A stretch of 54,241 bases of DNA from an uncultured Clostridia bacterium (GCA_949878595.1 CATLBG010000001.1:1-54241), one strand, 5' to 3'. Shown: positions 9,267 to 18,307, numbered from the stretch's first letter. Notes: generated by a model from the letters alone, not told the origin. Made by a program: numbers and translations.

Positions 9267-9704
9267 ATGAATAAAGTTATTTTGGTTGGAAATTTAACCA
9301 GAGACCCAGAGCTTGTCACAACAAACAACGGAATTTCACTTTGCAGATTCAGCCTAGCTGTGCAAAGAAAATTCACATCAGCCGATGGTGAAAGAGAAGC
9401 TGATTTTATCAACATTGTTGTATGGCGTGGTCAGGCAGACAACTGCTACAAATATTTAAAGAAAGGTAGCAAGGCAGGCGTTGTTGGAACTCTTCAAACA
9501 AGAAGTTACGATGGCACTGATGGAACAAAGAGATATGCAACAGAAGTTGTTGCTGAAGAAGTAGAATTCTTATCATCAAAAAGCTCAAGTTCAGAAGATT
9601 ACTCTGCAAACACAGAGGTTCCTGCATCAGGATCAAAGTCCTCAGGAAAATCAGATATTGTTAACAAATTTGAGCCAATTGACGACGACAACTTACCATT
9701 TTAA
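9267..9704 (+). CDS. ssb: Single-stranded DNA-binding protein
   Basis: N-terminal OB fold ([16 protein letters not shown]), a disordered Ser-rich linker, and the acidic tip DDDNLPF. Confidence 0.97.
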   Translation: MNKVILVGNLTRDPELVTTNNGISLCRFSLAVQRKFTSADGEREADFINIVVWRGQADNCYKYLKKGSKAGVVGTLQTRSYDGTDGTKRYATEVVAEEVEFLSSKSSSSEDYSANTEVPASGSKSSGKSDIVNKFEPIDDDNLPF

Positions 9705-9715
9705 AGGAGAATATT

Positions 9716-9988
9716 ATGGATAGAAAAATGAAAAAAGATACTTCTTCTTATGATGATAAAAACCCTAACAAATATCGCAAAGAGACAAAGAAAGTTTGTG
9801 CTTTTTGTGCTGAAAAGAGTGAAGTAATTGACTACAAAAACTCAGTTAAACTCAGAAAATATATGACAGAAAAGGGTAAAATCATACCTAGAAGAACAAC
9901 TGGCGTTTGTGCTAAACATCAAAGAGAACTCACAAATGCTATTAAAAGAGCAAGAGTTATGGCTCTTCTTCCTTACAGAACACTGTAA
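9716..9988 (+). CDS. rpsR: 30S ribosomal protein S18
   Basis: KVCAFC...IDYKN...[35 protein letters not shown] is canonical S18. Confidence 0.95.
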   Translation: MDRKMKKDTSSYDDKNPNKYRKETKKVCAFCAEKSEVIDYKNSVKLRKYMTEKGKIIPRRTTGVCAKHQRELTNAIKRARVMALLPYRTL

Positions 9989-10021
9989 TTCGTCAAAAAG
10001 TATGCACATTAGTGGAAAAAT

Positions 10022-10076
10022 AAAAAAACTCACACAATCACTTACGATTTAGTAAGCTCTTGCGTGAGTTTTTTTA
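10022..10076 (+). terminator. Long-hairpin terminator after rpsR
   Basis: AAAAAACTCACaCAA...TTGcGTGAGTTTTTTT with an inner CTTAC/GTAAG stem. Confidence 0.75.
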
Positions 10077-10231
10077 TTTTCTTCTGGTATTGCACAAGTT
10101 AAACTTAAATTGTAAACTTGTACGTTAAATTATTTTGAGTCTTACACTCAAATTTATATAAAAACAAGTTAACATATTTTGCATTTCGCTTTGTGTGTGA
10201 TATCAAAATAAGTATTCCTCAAAATAGTATA

Positions 10232-10260
10232 TTGACTTTTAATTTTTTGTCATTTATAAT
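10232..10260 (+). promoter_or_regulatory. Consensus sigma-A promoter
   Basis: TTGACT (10232-10237), 17-nt spacer, TATAAT (10255-10260). Confidence 0.7.
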
Positions 10261-10305
10261 ATAGTCATCAAGTGGCATAAGCCATATAAATAAAGGGGTG
10301 TAAAA

Positions 10306-10557
10306 ATGACAACAGAAAAATTATTAGAAGAATTTAACAAATATCAAGATGAATATCAAGCATTGATTAATGAAGACGATTCTAATTTAGATTTGACTGG
10401 CGATGAAAATTATTCAGGTAGAAGAGAAAATTTAGAAAAACAGGCTGCTGTAGTTGTAAAGATTAGAGAAATTAAATCAAAGTTAGATTCAGCCACACTT
10501 AAAACTGAAATTGATGCCGTTGTTCTTGAAGAAACAGAAGGGCATCAACCAAACTAG
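10306..10557 (+). CDS. Small acidic coiled-coil protein, unknown function
   Basis: AAAGGGG RBS. 83 aa with helical heptad-like composition; ends ...EGHQPN. Confidence 0.6.
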   Translation: MTTEKLLEEFNKYQDEYQALINEDDSNLDLTGDENYSGRRENLEKQAAVVVKIREIKSKLDSATLKTEIDAVVLEETEGHQPN

Positions 10558-10575
10558 TTAAAATGGAGTGAAGAT

Positions 10576-10878
10576 ATGAATAGAGAATCAGAACAATCAA
10601 CAATTCTTGGTCTATTAGAAGACCAAATTTTAAGCAAAAAAACAAGATTACAAGAAGTTAAAGAAAGACTATATTATATCGAGCATCAAAGAGATGCACT
10701 TCTTGTTGTAAGATCATATAGAAGAGATGCTGGCGAGCCAGTTGAAGATGGTGAACCAACAATTGCTGATAGCGAATATAAAGCTCTTTGTGAAGAAGAA
10801 AAGCAACTCAGTGCAGAAATTAAAGACTTAGAAGCTCAAGCTAAAGTTGCTGATTATCAAGGACCACAGCCATTCTAA
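10576..10878 (+). CDS. Small acidic coiled-coil protein, unknown function
   Basis: GGAG RBS. 100 aa; ends ...YQGPQPF. A terminator follows. Confidence 0.6.
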   Translation: MNRESEQSTILGLLEDQILSKKTRLQEVKERLYYIEHQRDALLVVRSYRRDAGEPVEDGEPTIADSEYKALCEEEKQLSAEIKDLEAQAKVADYQGPQPF

Positions 10879-10905
10879 AACAAGCCACTAGGCTTGTTTT
10901 ATTTT
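10877..10905 (+). terminator. Rho-independent terminator
   Basis: AAAACAAGCC-ACTA-GGCTTGTTTT followed by ATTTT. Confidence 0.8.
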
Positions 10906-10994
10906 AGTTTTAATTTTAAAGTATGGGTTTTGTGGTCTTACTTGACAACCCACTTTTTTTATTTATACTAAAAGTATAAATTGGAGAAAGATTA

Positions 10995-12599
10995 ATGGCA
11001 GAACAAACAAAAGAAGTAGGTTCAAAAAATAGAACTGCAATAAAAACCAGTATAGACGGCAAAATCTTGCCAAATAATTATGAGGCAGAGCAAGCTGTTC
11101 TTGGCTGTGCACTCATTGATTCAGATGCCGCACTTGCTGTTATTGGAAAGCTTGAGGAGGTTGATTTTTATAATACTACTCACAAATATATTTTCTCTGC
11201 AATCAGAAGTTTGCAATCACAAGCCAAACCAATAGATTTCATCACAGTTTCAGGCGAGCTTGAGAATCTTGGCAAGCTTGGTGATGTTGGTGGAATGGGC
11301 TATGTTTCAAGTTTAACAAACATTGTTCCTTCATCTGCTAGCTACAATCACTATATAGAGCTAGTTAAAAAGGTTTCAATCTTAAGACAACTCATTGCAA
11401 TTAGTGGAGATATTATTGACGAGGCATATAAGAGTGGCTCAGATGAATCACTTATTGGTATTGCAGAAAAAAAGATTTATGAAATTGCAGAAAAGGGTCA
11501 GCAGGGCACTCTTGAAAAAATAGATTTATCAATTCAAAAGGTTATAGATAATTTTGAAAATATTCATAAAGAAGGTGGCGTAATCCATGGTGTCAAAACT
11601 GGATTCCATCAAATAGACAAAGTAACCAATGGTCTTCAAAAAACCGACTTAATCATTTTGGCTGCAAGACCAGGTGTTGGAAAAACTTCGCTTGCAATGA
11701 ACATTGTGTCTAACGCCTCAATAAATTCAAAAGCAAAATGTGCTGTTTTTTCACTTGAAATGGGCAGAGAGCAACTCGCAAGAAGAATGCTTTGTTCAGT
11801 TGCAAATGTATCAATGGCAAAAGGAATGAGAGGCGAACTAAATGAAAGTGATTGGGTAAAAATCATGGAAGCTAAGAAAAAACTTTCAAATGCTGATATT
11901 TTCATTGATGACAATGCTTTAAACACTCCTTCACAAGTTCTTTCAAAATGCAGAAAACTTAAAAGAGAAAAGGGCTTAGACCTTGTTGTAATTGACTATC
12001 TTGGACTTATGAAATCTGATGAAAAAACTGACAATCGTCAAAACGAAGTTGCAAATATTTCAAGACAACTTAAAATTCTTGCAAAAGAAATAGATGTTCC
12101 AGTTATCACACTTTGTCAGCTCAATCGTTCTGTTGAGCAAAGAGATGATGGCAAGCCAGGCAGACCAGTTTTATCAGACCTTCGTGATTCTGGTTCAATT
12201 GAACAAGATGCCGATATGGTATGGTTTATTCATAGAGATATGACCAAAAATGAAATAGAGCGTGACCCAAATCAAAATTATACAGCAGAACTTATTATTG
12301 CCAAGTTCAGAAATGGTCAACCAGGCAGTGTGTTCTTAGGCTGGGACGGATCAAGAACAAGCTTTGTCAATCTTGAAAAAGATGCCAATGAGCAAAGCCT
12401 TGTTAATATTTATGAGCAGAATCAAGAAAGCAAAAGAGAGCAACGCAAGGCAAGGTCTGCTGAAGATATTGCAAGTGCTCTCAGTAGCATAGTCAATGAA
12501 ATAGAAGTTGATGGCATAGGATTAGTTCCACCACAAGAAGACGCTCCTGTTGTTGACTATAGCGATGTCAGCATGCCAAGTGATGATGAATTATTTTAA
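10995..12599 (+). CDS. dnaB: Replicative DNA helicase (DnaB family) with a ~80-aa C-terminal extension
   Basis: N-terminal LPNNYEAEQAVLGCAL, Walker A AARPGVGKTS, Walker B LVVIDYLGLM, and SGSIEQDADMV. An extra acidic tail ends SDDELF. Confidence 0.95.
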   Translation: MAEQTKEVGSKNRTAIKTSIDGKILPNNYEAEQAVLGCALIDSDAALAVIGKLEEVDFYNTTHKYIFSAIRSLQSQAKPIDFITVSGELENLGKLGDVGGMGYVSSLTNIVPSSASYNHYIELVKKVSILRQLIAISGDIIDEAYKSGSDESLIGIAEKKIYEIAEKGQQGTLEKIDLSIQKVIDNFENIHKEGGVIHGVKTGFHQIDKVTNGLQKTDLIILAARPGVGKTSLAMNIVSNASINSKAKCAVFSLEMGREQLARRMLCSVANVSMAKGMRGELNESDWVKIMEAKKKLSNADIFIDDNALNTPSQVLSKCRKLKREKGLDLVVIDYLGLMKSDEKTDNRQNEVANISRQLKILAKEIDVPVITLCQLNRSVEQRDDGKPGRPVLSDLRDSGSIEQDADMVWFIHRDMTKNEIERDPNQNYTAELIIAKFRNGQPGSVFLGWDGSRTSFVNLEKDANEQSLVNIYEQNQESKREQRKARSAEDIASALSSIVNEIEVDGIGLVPPQEDAPVVDYSDVSMPSDDELF

Positions 12600-12604
12600 A
12601 TTAT

Positions 12605-12629
12605 AAAGGAGAATTTTCTCCTTTATTTT
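12605..12629 (+). terminator. Terminator after dnaB
   Basis: AAAGGAGAA / TTCTCCTTT hairpin followed by ATTTTG. Confidence 0.6.
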
Positions 12630-12654
12630 GGTTTTATGTGATTTTAGACAGTTG

Positions 12655-12683
12655 TTGACAACAACAAAGAAAATTGTTATACT
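12655..12683 (+). promoter_or_regulatory. Sigma-A promoter
   Basis: TTGACA (12655-12660), 17-nt spacer, extended -10 TGtTATACT. Confidence 0.65.
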
Positions 12684-12699
12684 AAAGCAGAGGTGAAAT

Positions 12700-14316
12700 A
12701 TGTCAAAGAGATTTGCTACAATATTTTTCATAACCATTGCAACAATTATGATACTCGCAGTGGCATTTTTCATGATTTTATTCTTGGCTCCGGGTGTATC
12801 ACTTTTTGGAATAAGATACATTGGTCAAGACCTTCACGTCTATGACTCTGGAAAAGTTGATTTAAACAAAGATTATGGTGGTGATCCATCAGGAATAGTT
12901 CTCAACACATATGAAGTTCCAATAACTGTTCATTTTACAGAAGATAGAAATTTTATGGTTAGATACTATTGCAATTTCAATGGAATAACCAATTCAAAAA
13001 TAGATGACCCTTCAATGACAATTGAAAGAAAGGGTGGAAATATCGTTATCACAACCTCAGAGTTTCATAAAGTTATTTATGAAACTTCAACCTCAGAAAG
13101 GTTTATTGATTTATATATTCCACTAACTGCAGTTTCAGGAACTGGAGCAGAATATATAACAAGCCTAGAGATAAATTCAACAAAGTCTTCAGTAGATTTC
13201 ATAAAGGCTGAGGAATATGATGAAAGAACACCAACATTTAGTTCAATTGGTGTAACAACAAATGGCAAGGTCAATTATGGAACTGCCATAATGACAACAA
13301 CCTATAGGCTAAGCACTTCTTCATCAATCAAAATTAATGAAAATTGGTCAAACTTTATCTATGCTACAAACTATAGTTTAAAAAGCACCAGTGGAAAGAT
13401 TACTTTAGAGTGTCCAGTTTCAGGCAATCTAGACTTAGAAACAAAAAATGGTTCAATTAGCTTAGTTTCATGCAGAAACTTATATGTAAAAACAAATCAT
13501 GGCAGCATAAAATCTGCAACAGGAAACACTGTTCGCGTTAATGGTCTTGTTGATATAGAAACAAAATCAGGCAGCGTAACTCTTGGAGATATTCTTGGTA
13601 TTGGTGAAAATAAAATTCAAACAAGTTCAGGAAAAGTTGTTCTTAACAAAATTATAAATGGAACAATCACCACTCAAAGAGGAAGTGTAACCATAAAATC
13701 AGTTACACAGGCAAACATAGAAACCAATGTAGGAAATGTAGTTGTAGAAGAATCACTTGGCTCAATTAATGTAAAAACAAAGAGAGGAAATATAACTCTT
13801 GGTGGTGAAAATATCACAATGAGCAATCCAACAGTCTTTTCAAGACTTGGCAAGGTTAATTTAAAATCTGCTGATGGAACTGTTGATATTGAAACTATTT
13901 CATCAAACGTAAATTTCAAAAATAGAACAAGTGAAAATATAACTATCAAATGTGGTGGAAAGTTAGATGCCGATGCAGTGACTGGCAGAGTAGATATTTT
14001 TGCAGAAAAAGATTCAACTGTTAAATTCTCAAAAATTACAGACGTGTCTATTTTAGAGTTTGGTGAAGGTGCAAAAGAAGTTAATGTATATGCACTTGAA
14101 AACACAATTAGAGAAGGCAGCAATATTGGATACAGAATTTATGGTTCAAGCATAGTTATAAAAGAATATAGAAATAACTCATATATTACTTATGATGGCA
14201 TGAGTGGAAGTGGAAGAGATAAATATGAATATAATATAAACTATAGCACATATCTAAAGCTCACAAGCAAAGATAATAAGGCTAAAGTAAATTTATTCTT
14301 CAAAGCACCAAATTAA
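12700..14316 (+). CDS. Membrane-anchored repeat protein, DUF4097-like beta-helix (putative adhesin fold)
   Basis: N-terminal TM helix, then about 10 iterated ~20-aa units of the form xETKxGSVTL (TKNGSISL, TNHGSIKS, TKSGSVTL, TSSGKVVL, TQRGSVTI, TKRGNITL, and others). Confidence 0.7.
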   Translation: MSKRFATIFFITIATIMILAVAFFMILFLAPGVSLFGIRYIGQDLHVYDSGKVDLNKDYGGDPSGIVLNTYEVPITVHFTEDRNFMVRYYCNFNGITNSKIDDPSMTIERKGGNIVITTSEFHKVIYETSTSERFIDLYIPLTAVSGTGAEYITSLEINSTKSSVDFIKAEEYDERTPTFSSIGVTTNGKVNYGTAIMTTTYRLSTSSSIKINENWSNFIYATNYSLKSTSGKITLECPVSGNLDLETKNGSISLVSCRNLYVKTNHGSIKSATGNTVRVNGLVDIETKSGSVTLGDILGIGENKIQTSSGKVVLNKIINGTITTQRGSVTIKSVTQANIETNVGNVVVEESLGSINVKTKRGNITLGGENITMSNPTVFSRLGKVNLKSADGTVDIETISSNVNFKNRTSENITIKCGGKLDADAVTGRVDIFAEKDSTVKFSKITDVSILEFGEGAKEVNVYALENTIREGSNIGYRIYGSSIVIKEYRNNSYITYDGMSGSGRDKYEYNINYSTYLKLTSKDNKAKVNLFFKAPN

Positions 14317-14342
14317 ACTAGAGATTATTCTCTAGTTTTTTT
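14315..14342 (+). terminator. Rho-independent terminator
   Basis: AAACTAGAGA-TTAT-TCTCTAGTTTTTTT. Confidence 0.8.
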
Positions 14343-14423
14343 GTTAGGGGGTATTTACAAAAGCTCAAAAGTGTGCTAAAATCTATTTATAATAGTTTAA
14401 TAAATAAAAAGTTTATCAAATTA

Positions 14424-14453
14424 TTAGACATTTATTTTCGTTAGTGGTAAAAT
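14424..14453 (+). promoter_or_regulatory. Candidate promoter of the HicB-like operon
   Basis: TTAGAC, 18-nt spacer, extended -10 TGgTAAAAT. Confidence 0.45.
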
Positions 14454-14488
14454 CGCATTAGGATATTTTAAATTTTTGTGAGGTCAAA

Positions 14489-14842
14489 ATGAAAAGATTC
14501 GTTTATCCAATGGTTTTATTCACAGATGAAAATGATTTGTATACTGCACTGTATCCAGATTTAAACTTACTTGCGTCTGGCTCTTCAATAGAAGATGTAT
14601 ATGCTAGAGCAAATGACTATTTGGATTTTTATATTGTTTCTGCAATAAAGTTTGGAACCAAACTTGCTGGAATGTCAACTTATGCAGATATTCAGGCACT
14701 AAATCCAAAAAAAATCGTTTTGCTTGGCTCGGCTCAGGTTGAAGAAACAGATATTGTGTTAACAGAGCAGGAACAAGTTGAAAAAAATTTCTTAAATGAA
14801 TTTCTATTTACTGATGGAAATGACACGGAGGGAAATAACTAA
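14489..14842 (+). CDS. HicB-like (UPF0150 fold) protein with no recognisable DNA-binding domain
   Basis: RFVYPMVLFTDENDLYTALYPDLNLLASGSSIEDVYARANDYL matches the HicB N-domain pattern (YPavf...gyxvxFPDlpg..t.G.t.eEa...a.eal). GAGG RBS. Confidence 0.6.
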   Translation: MKRFVYPMVLFTDENDLYTALYPDLNLLASGSSIEDVYARANDYLDFYIVSAIKFGTKLAGMSTYADIQALNPKKIVLLGSAQVEETDIVLTEQEQVEKNFLNEFLFTDGNDTEGNN

Positions 14843-15444
14843 TGGCAAACGAAACAACAACTTCAAACTTGCTTAATGATATTGCAGGAAAAGAACAATT
14901 TTTTGGAACAGTTCCAAAGGAACTTGAAGTTTCAGTAACAGCAACATGTCTTGGTGCACCAATTCAATATAGAAAAGACCAAATTACTGGTCTAACTCTT
15001 GCTTGTATGCTTGTTCCAACAGAGGGCAGCGGCATGCAACCAGCTATTGTTACATATGGAAAAGAGGACAGTATGGGAAGAGGAGCTTATCAAGCCCTTT
15101 ATCATCAACTTGGCTGTGAAGAGCTTATGAATCCAAAAAGCAACAAAGATGCATGTGACTATCTTATTTCAAACTTTGATAAGAGATTTAATCTTGGAAA
15201 TGGAAACAGTTATGCGTCAACAGTTCTTGGACCAAAGTTTGATTTAATTTCAAAATATGCAAAAGAGAGTTATCCAGAATATCATTCTCAATTTACAGAT
15301 TTCAAATCAACCTACATGGATATGCTTGGCAAATATTATTCTAGTGGAAAAACTCAAGCCTCAGACAAAGAATTAGAAAAAAAAACGAACAACGTAGCAT
15401 TGTCGGAGACAGTGGCACAGACAGTGTCTCAAATTAATGCGTAA
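14842..15444 (+). CDS. Hypothetical protein (200 aa)
   Basis: Its start overlaps the upstream stop (TAATG). GGAGGG RBS lies 10 nt upstream. No recognisable domain. Confidence 0.65.
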   Translation: MANETTTSNLLNDIAGKEQFFGTVPKELEVSVTATCLGAPIQYRKDQITGLTLACMLVPTEGSGMQPAIVTYGKEDSMGRGAYQALYHQLGCEELMNPKSNKDACDYLISNFDKRFNLGNGNSYASTVLGPKFDLISKYAKESYPEYHSQFTDFKSTYMDMLGKYYSSGKTQASDKELEKKTNNVALSETVAQTVSQINA

Positions 15445-15459
15445 AGCAGGAGAGACTAA

Positions 15460-15996
15460 GTGGCAAAAATAGACTTACACAAACTGGCGTTAACCGTTGG
15501 TTTTGAAGTGGTTTGTGTTGATGAAGATTACACAAATTATGAATACATGGTTAGAATTAGAGACATTGAAAGTATGTCTTACATTCTAAAAATTAAGAAT
15601 GAGCCAGAATTTGGTGAAGTAGAAGAAATTATTGGTTCAATAATCATCATGCTTCCAAAACAACTCAGAAAAAAGATAAAGAAGATGATGAAAAAAATTG
15701 ATGAAAATAACATAGAGAATGTTATTGACCTTCTTTGCTACACCGTCTCAGAATATAATGGCAAAACAAGCTACAGCAAGCTCAAAGAATATGGCGAGCT
15801 AGTTGGGGTTAATATTGAAGATTTTGGTTATTTCTTCACATATAAGCTTCCAAAAAAGAAATATGCAAAAATACTTTCTTTAATTGAAAGCAAATTAACA
15901 GTTGAGGAAGCTCCTATTGTCGGAAAAATCCGAAAGATTGAATATAAAATTGGTTATATAAAACAACACAAAACAAATGAAAATCAGCTAATATAA
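15460..15996 (+). CDS. Hypothetical Lys-rich protein (178 aa), GTG start
   Basis: AGGAGAG RBS lies 5-6 nt before the GTG at 15460. A terminator overlaps the stop codon. No recognisable domain. Confidence 0.55.
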   Translation: MAKIDLHKLALTVGFEVVCVDEDYTNYEYMVRIRDIESMSYILKIKNEPEFGEVEEIIGSIIIMLPKQLRKKIKKMMKKIDENNIENVIDLLCYTVSEYNGKTSYSKLKEYGELVGVNIEDFGYFFTYKLPKKKYAKILSLIESKLTVEEAPIVGKIRKIEYKIGYIKQHKTNENQLI

Positions 15997-16008
15997 GCTG
16001 ATTTTTTC
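15983..16008 (+). terminator. Rho-independent terminator
   Basis: ATCAGCT-AATATA-AGCTGAT followed by TTTTT. Confidence 0.7.
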
Positions 16009-16022
16009 TTGCTTAAATATTT

Positions 16023-16051
16023 TTGACAATAAAATTCAATTTAACTATAAT
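16023..16051 (+). promoter_or_regulatory. Perfect-consensus sigma-A promoter
   Basis: TTGACA (16023-16028), 17-nt spacer, TATAAT (16046-16051). Confidence 0.75.
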
Positions 16052-16069
16052 ATTTCTTAGGAGATACAA

Positions 16070-16687
16070 ATGAAAGGGGTTGCAGATTTCTATAATAAAA
16101 CCGCCACAGAGTGGAGTGATGAAATATTAAAAGAGAAGAAAGAAAGTGAAATTTTGAAAAAATTTTATAGTTGTTTCAGTTTGGCAGGAACAAAGGCTCC
16201 ACGAATTTTAGATATGGGCTGTGGTGCTGGCTATGATTCACGCATTTTGGCTAGCTTAGGGGCAAATGTTATTGGAATAGATTTAAGTGAAAACCTTGTT
16301 AATATCGCCAAAAATAAAATAAAAAATGTAAGATTTGTTGTTGGTGATATAACTGAAAGTTTAACTGCACTTGGCAGGTTTGATGGCATTAGCTGTCTTG
16401 CGACGTTAACCTATGTTGATGTTCAAAAAATGAAGCAAACCTTTTTTAATATTGGCCAAGTTTTGAAAAGAGGAGGTCTTTTGCTTGTGTCGTCTCATGA
16501 TGGTGATGGGAAAGATTTAAAAGAAAGCTTTGTCAAAATTGATGGTGAAGAATATGATAAAAATTTCAATAACTACACAGCAGAAGAGCTTTGTGGCTTT
16601 GCTTATCCACAGTTTAAACTGGTTGACACTTGGAAGTTTAAAGATTTCGATGAGGGCTGGAGATATTATATATTTATAAAAGAATAA
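16070..16687 (+). CDS. Class I SAM-dependent methyltransferase
   Basis: Motif I ILDMGCGAGYDS, post-I IGIDLS, motif II FVVGDI. AGGAGA RBS. Confidence 0.85.
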   Translation: MKGVADFYNKTATEWSDEILKEKKESEILKKFYSCFSLAGTKAPRILDMGCGAGYDSRILASLGANVIGIDLSENLVNIAKNKIKNVRFVVGDITESLTALGRFDGISCLATLTYVDVQKMKQTFFNIGQVLKRGGLLLVSSHDGDGKDLKESFVKIDGEEYDKNFNNYTAEELCGFAYPQFKLVDTWKFKDFDEGWRYYIFIKE

Positions 16688-16700
16688 TTAACAATTATTT

Positions 16701-16730
16701 AAATGGACTTATAGTCCATTTTTTATTTTT
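16701..16730 (+). terminator. Rho-independent terminator
   Basis: AAATGGACT-TATA-AGTCCATTTTTT. Confidence 0.75.
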
Positions 16731-16746
16731 AATTTGAGCTAAAATA

Positions 16747-16775
16747 TTGACAAAATAGCAAAAAATAGTTATAAT
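16747..16775 (+). promoter_or_regulatory. Perfect-consensus sigma-A promoter
   Basis: TTGACA (16747-16752), 17-nt spacer, TATAAT (16770-16775). Confidence 0.75.
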
Positions 16776-16845
16776 ATTATTACTAGAATAGAAATTGTGG
16801 GAAATAAAACAACATGCCAAAAAGAACATAAAGGGAGGTTTGATT

Positions 16846-17538
16846 ATGGCACAAACAAACTTAAAACTACAAGAAAATAACACTGAAAAGCAAACTGCAG
16901 AAAAATCTCCAATGGTGAGAATTATACAAAAGAAAATAGAATTATTTATTAGTCAAATTCCAAAGGCAAATAATATAAGTGAACTAAAAAATTTATTTTG
17001 CAACTTGTGTCCAACCATTGAAGAAAAAATCGTATTCATTTCACTCTTTGAAGAGCTTTTTCCAAATGAAAAGCTTGTTTCAAAATATCTTTGCAAATGG
17101 CTCGATGAAAACTATTTAGAAGAAGAAAGACAAAAACAAGGCAACAAAAATTTAAATAAATATGCAAATTTATTTAATGATACAAAGTTGCATAGTGTTC
17201 AAGCTGCTCCAGTTAATAGTGTAGCACAATCACAGTTTAATAATAATTATGGCTTATCTGATTTAAGTAAGAATATTATTCAAAGAGAACATAAACAGAG
17301 TTTACTCAATAAAATTAAAGGTTTAGTTAAAAAGTTAAACCCAAAACAAAAGGCAAGAGTTAGCAAGGTTAGCAGTCTAGAGCTTAAAGAGGCTGGTGCA
17401 AATATTCAAATACCAGCTGTTTTAAAATCAAACGATCAAAACAGACTTATCGCATACAATAAAAGTGTTGCTGCAAGGGCTGCCACTCAAAGGGCTATGG
17501 CTCCATCAATGTCTATGGGCAGGGCAATGAGTAGATAG
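16846..17538 (+). CDS. Hypothetical protein (230 aa)
   Basis: ATG at 16846 follows AAGGGAGG. The tracked start at 16795 lies inside the promoter region. No recognisable domain. Confidence 0.6.
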   Translation: MAQTNLKLQENNTEKQTAEKSPMVRIIQKKIELFISQIPKANNISELKNLFCNLCPTIEEKIVFISLFEELFPNEKLVSKYLCKWLDENYLEEERQKQGNKNLNKYANLFNDTKLHSVQAAPVNSVAQSQFNNNYGLSDLSKNIIQREHKQSLLNKIKGLVKKLNPKQKARVSKVSSLELKEAGANIQIPAVLKSNDQNRLIAYNKSVAARAATQRAMAPSMSMGRAMSR

Positions 17539-17551
17539 TTTAAATTATGTA

Positions 17552-17579
17552 TTGACAAATACATTTTTCAGAATATAAT
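17552..17579 (+). promoter_or_regulatory. Sigma-A promoter
   Basis: TTGACA (17552-17557), 16-nt spacer, TATAAT (17574-17579). Confidence 0.65.
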
Positions 17580-17609
17580 AACTATATAAATTTTATTTGG
17601 AGAAAACAC

Positions 17610-18101
17610 ATGGAAAATTTTGAAGAATCAATCACACTAATGTATAATGCTCTTCACTTAGTTGATAATGAAGATATTGAAAGGTCAGTAAAAGAAAAAT
17701 ATAAAGATTTTAGTTCGGCCTTAGATTTTATTGAGGATTGCTATAATTTAGAGCAAATGATAAAAGCTGAAAAAGAACAAAACAGAATTTCACCAGAGCT
17801 TGAAGAAAAGGCAAATTTTGTTTTTGAAAAGGTAAAAGAATTTTTAAATTCTGCTTTAATTGACAATAAAAGTGATACACATAAAGATTTAGTTGAAGGC
17901 TTAATGAGAGAAGAACAAGAATATGGCACAACCATGTCAACAATTTCAAATCTAGATAAGTTTGTAACTGAGTCAAAACCACATCAAGAAAAATCAATCC
18001 CATCGTTTTTAAAGATAGGTAAAGATGAAAAATTAAAGGGAAAGAAAGTAGTTTCTGGCTCAAAAAAAGCTTACATTTCAGCCCCACCACAAATGGGTTA
18101 A
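17610..18101 (+). CDS. Hypothetical helical protein (163 aa)
   Basis: GGAGAA RBS and an intact ORF. No recognisable domain. Confidence 0.6.
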   Translation: MENFEESITLMYNALHLVDNEDIERSVKEKYKDFSSALDFIEDCYNLEQMIKAEKEQNRISPELEEKANFVFEKVKEFLNSALIDNKSDTHKDLVEGLMREEQEYGTTMSTISNLDKFVTESKPHQEKSIPSFLKIGKDEKLKGKKVVSGSKKAYISAPPQMG

Positions 18102-18141
18102 AAATTAATAAAAAAATATTAAAAAATTATGTGAAAAGTTA

Positions 18142-18170
18142 TTGACTTAAAACAAAATTTAAGATAGAAT
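18142..18170 (+). promoter_or_regulatory. Sigma-A promoter of the str operon
   Basis: TTGACT (18142-18147), 17-nt spacer, TAGAAT (18165-18170). Confidence 0.65.
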
Positions 18171-18307
18171 GATAAGGCATAAAAATTTATGTTTGACATT
18201 CTGTCTTTTTTTATTTTGACGGTGTAAAGTAAGAAAATCACAAATGTTCAAGAATTTCCTCGTCGGGTTTAGAGAAAATTCACCAAATTTACACAGGAGG
18301 TAATACT

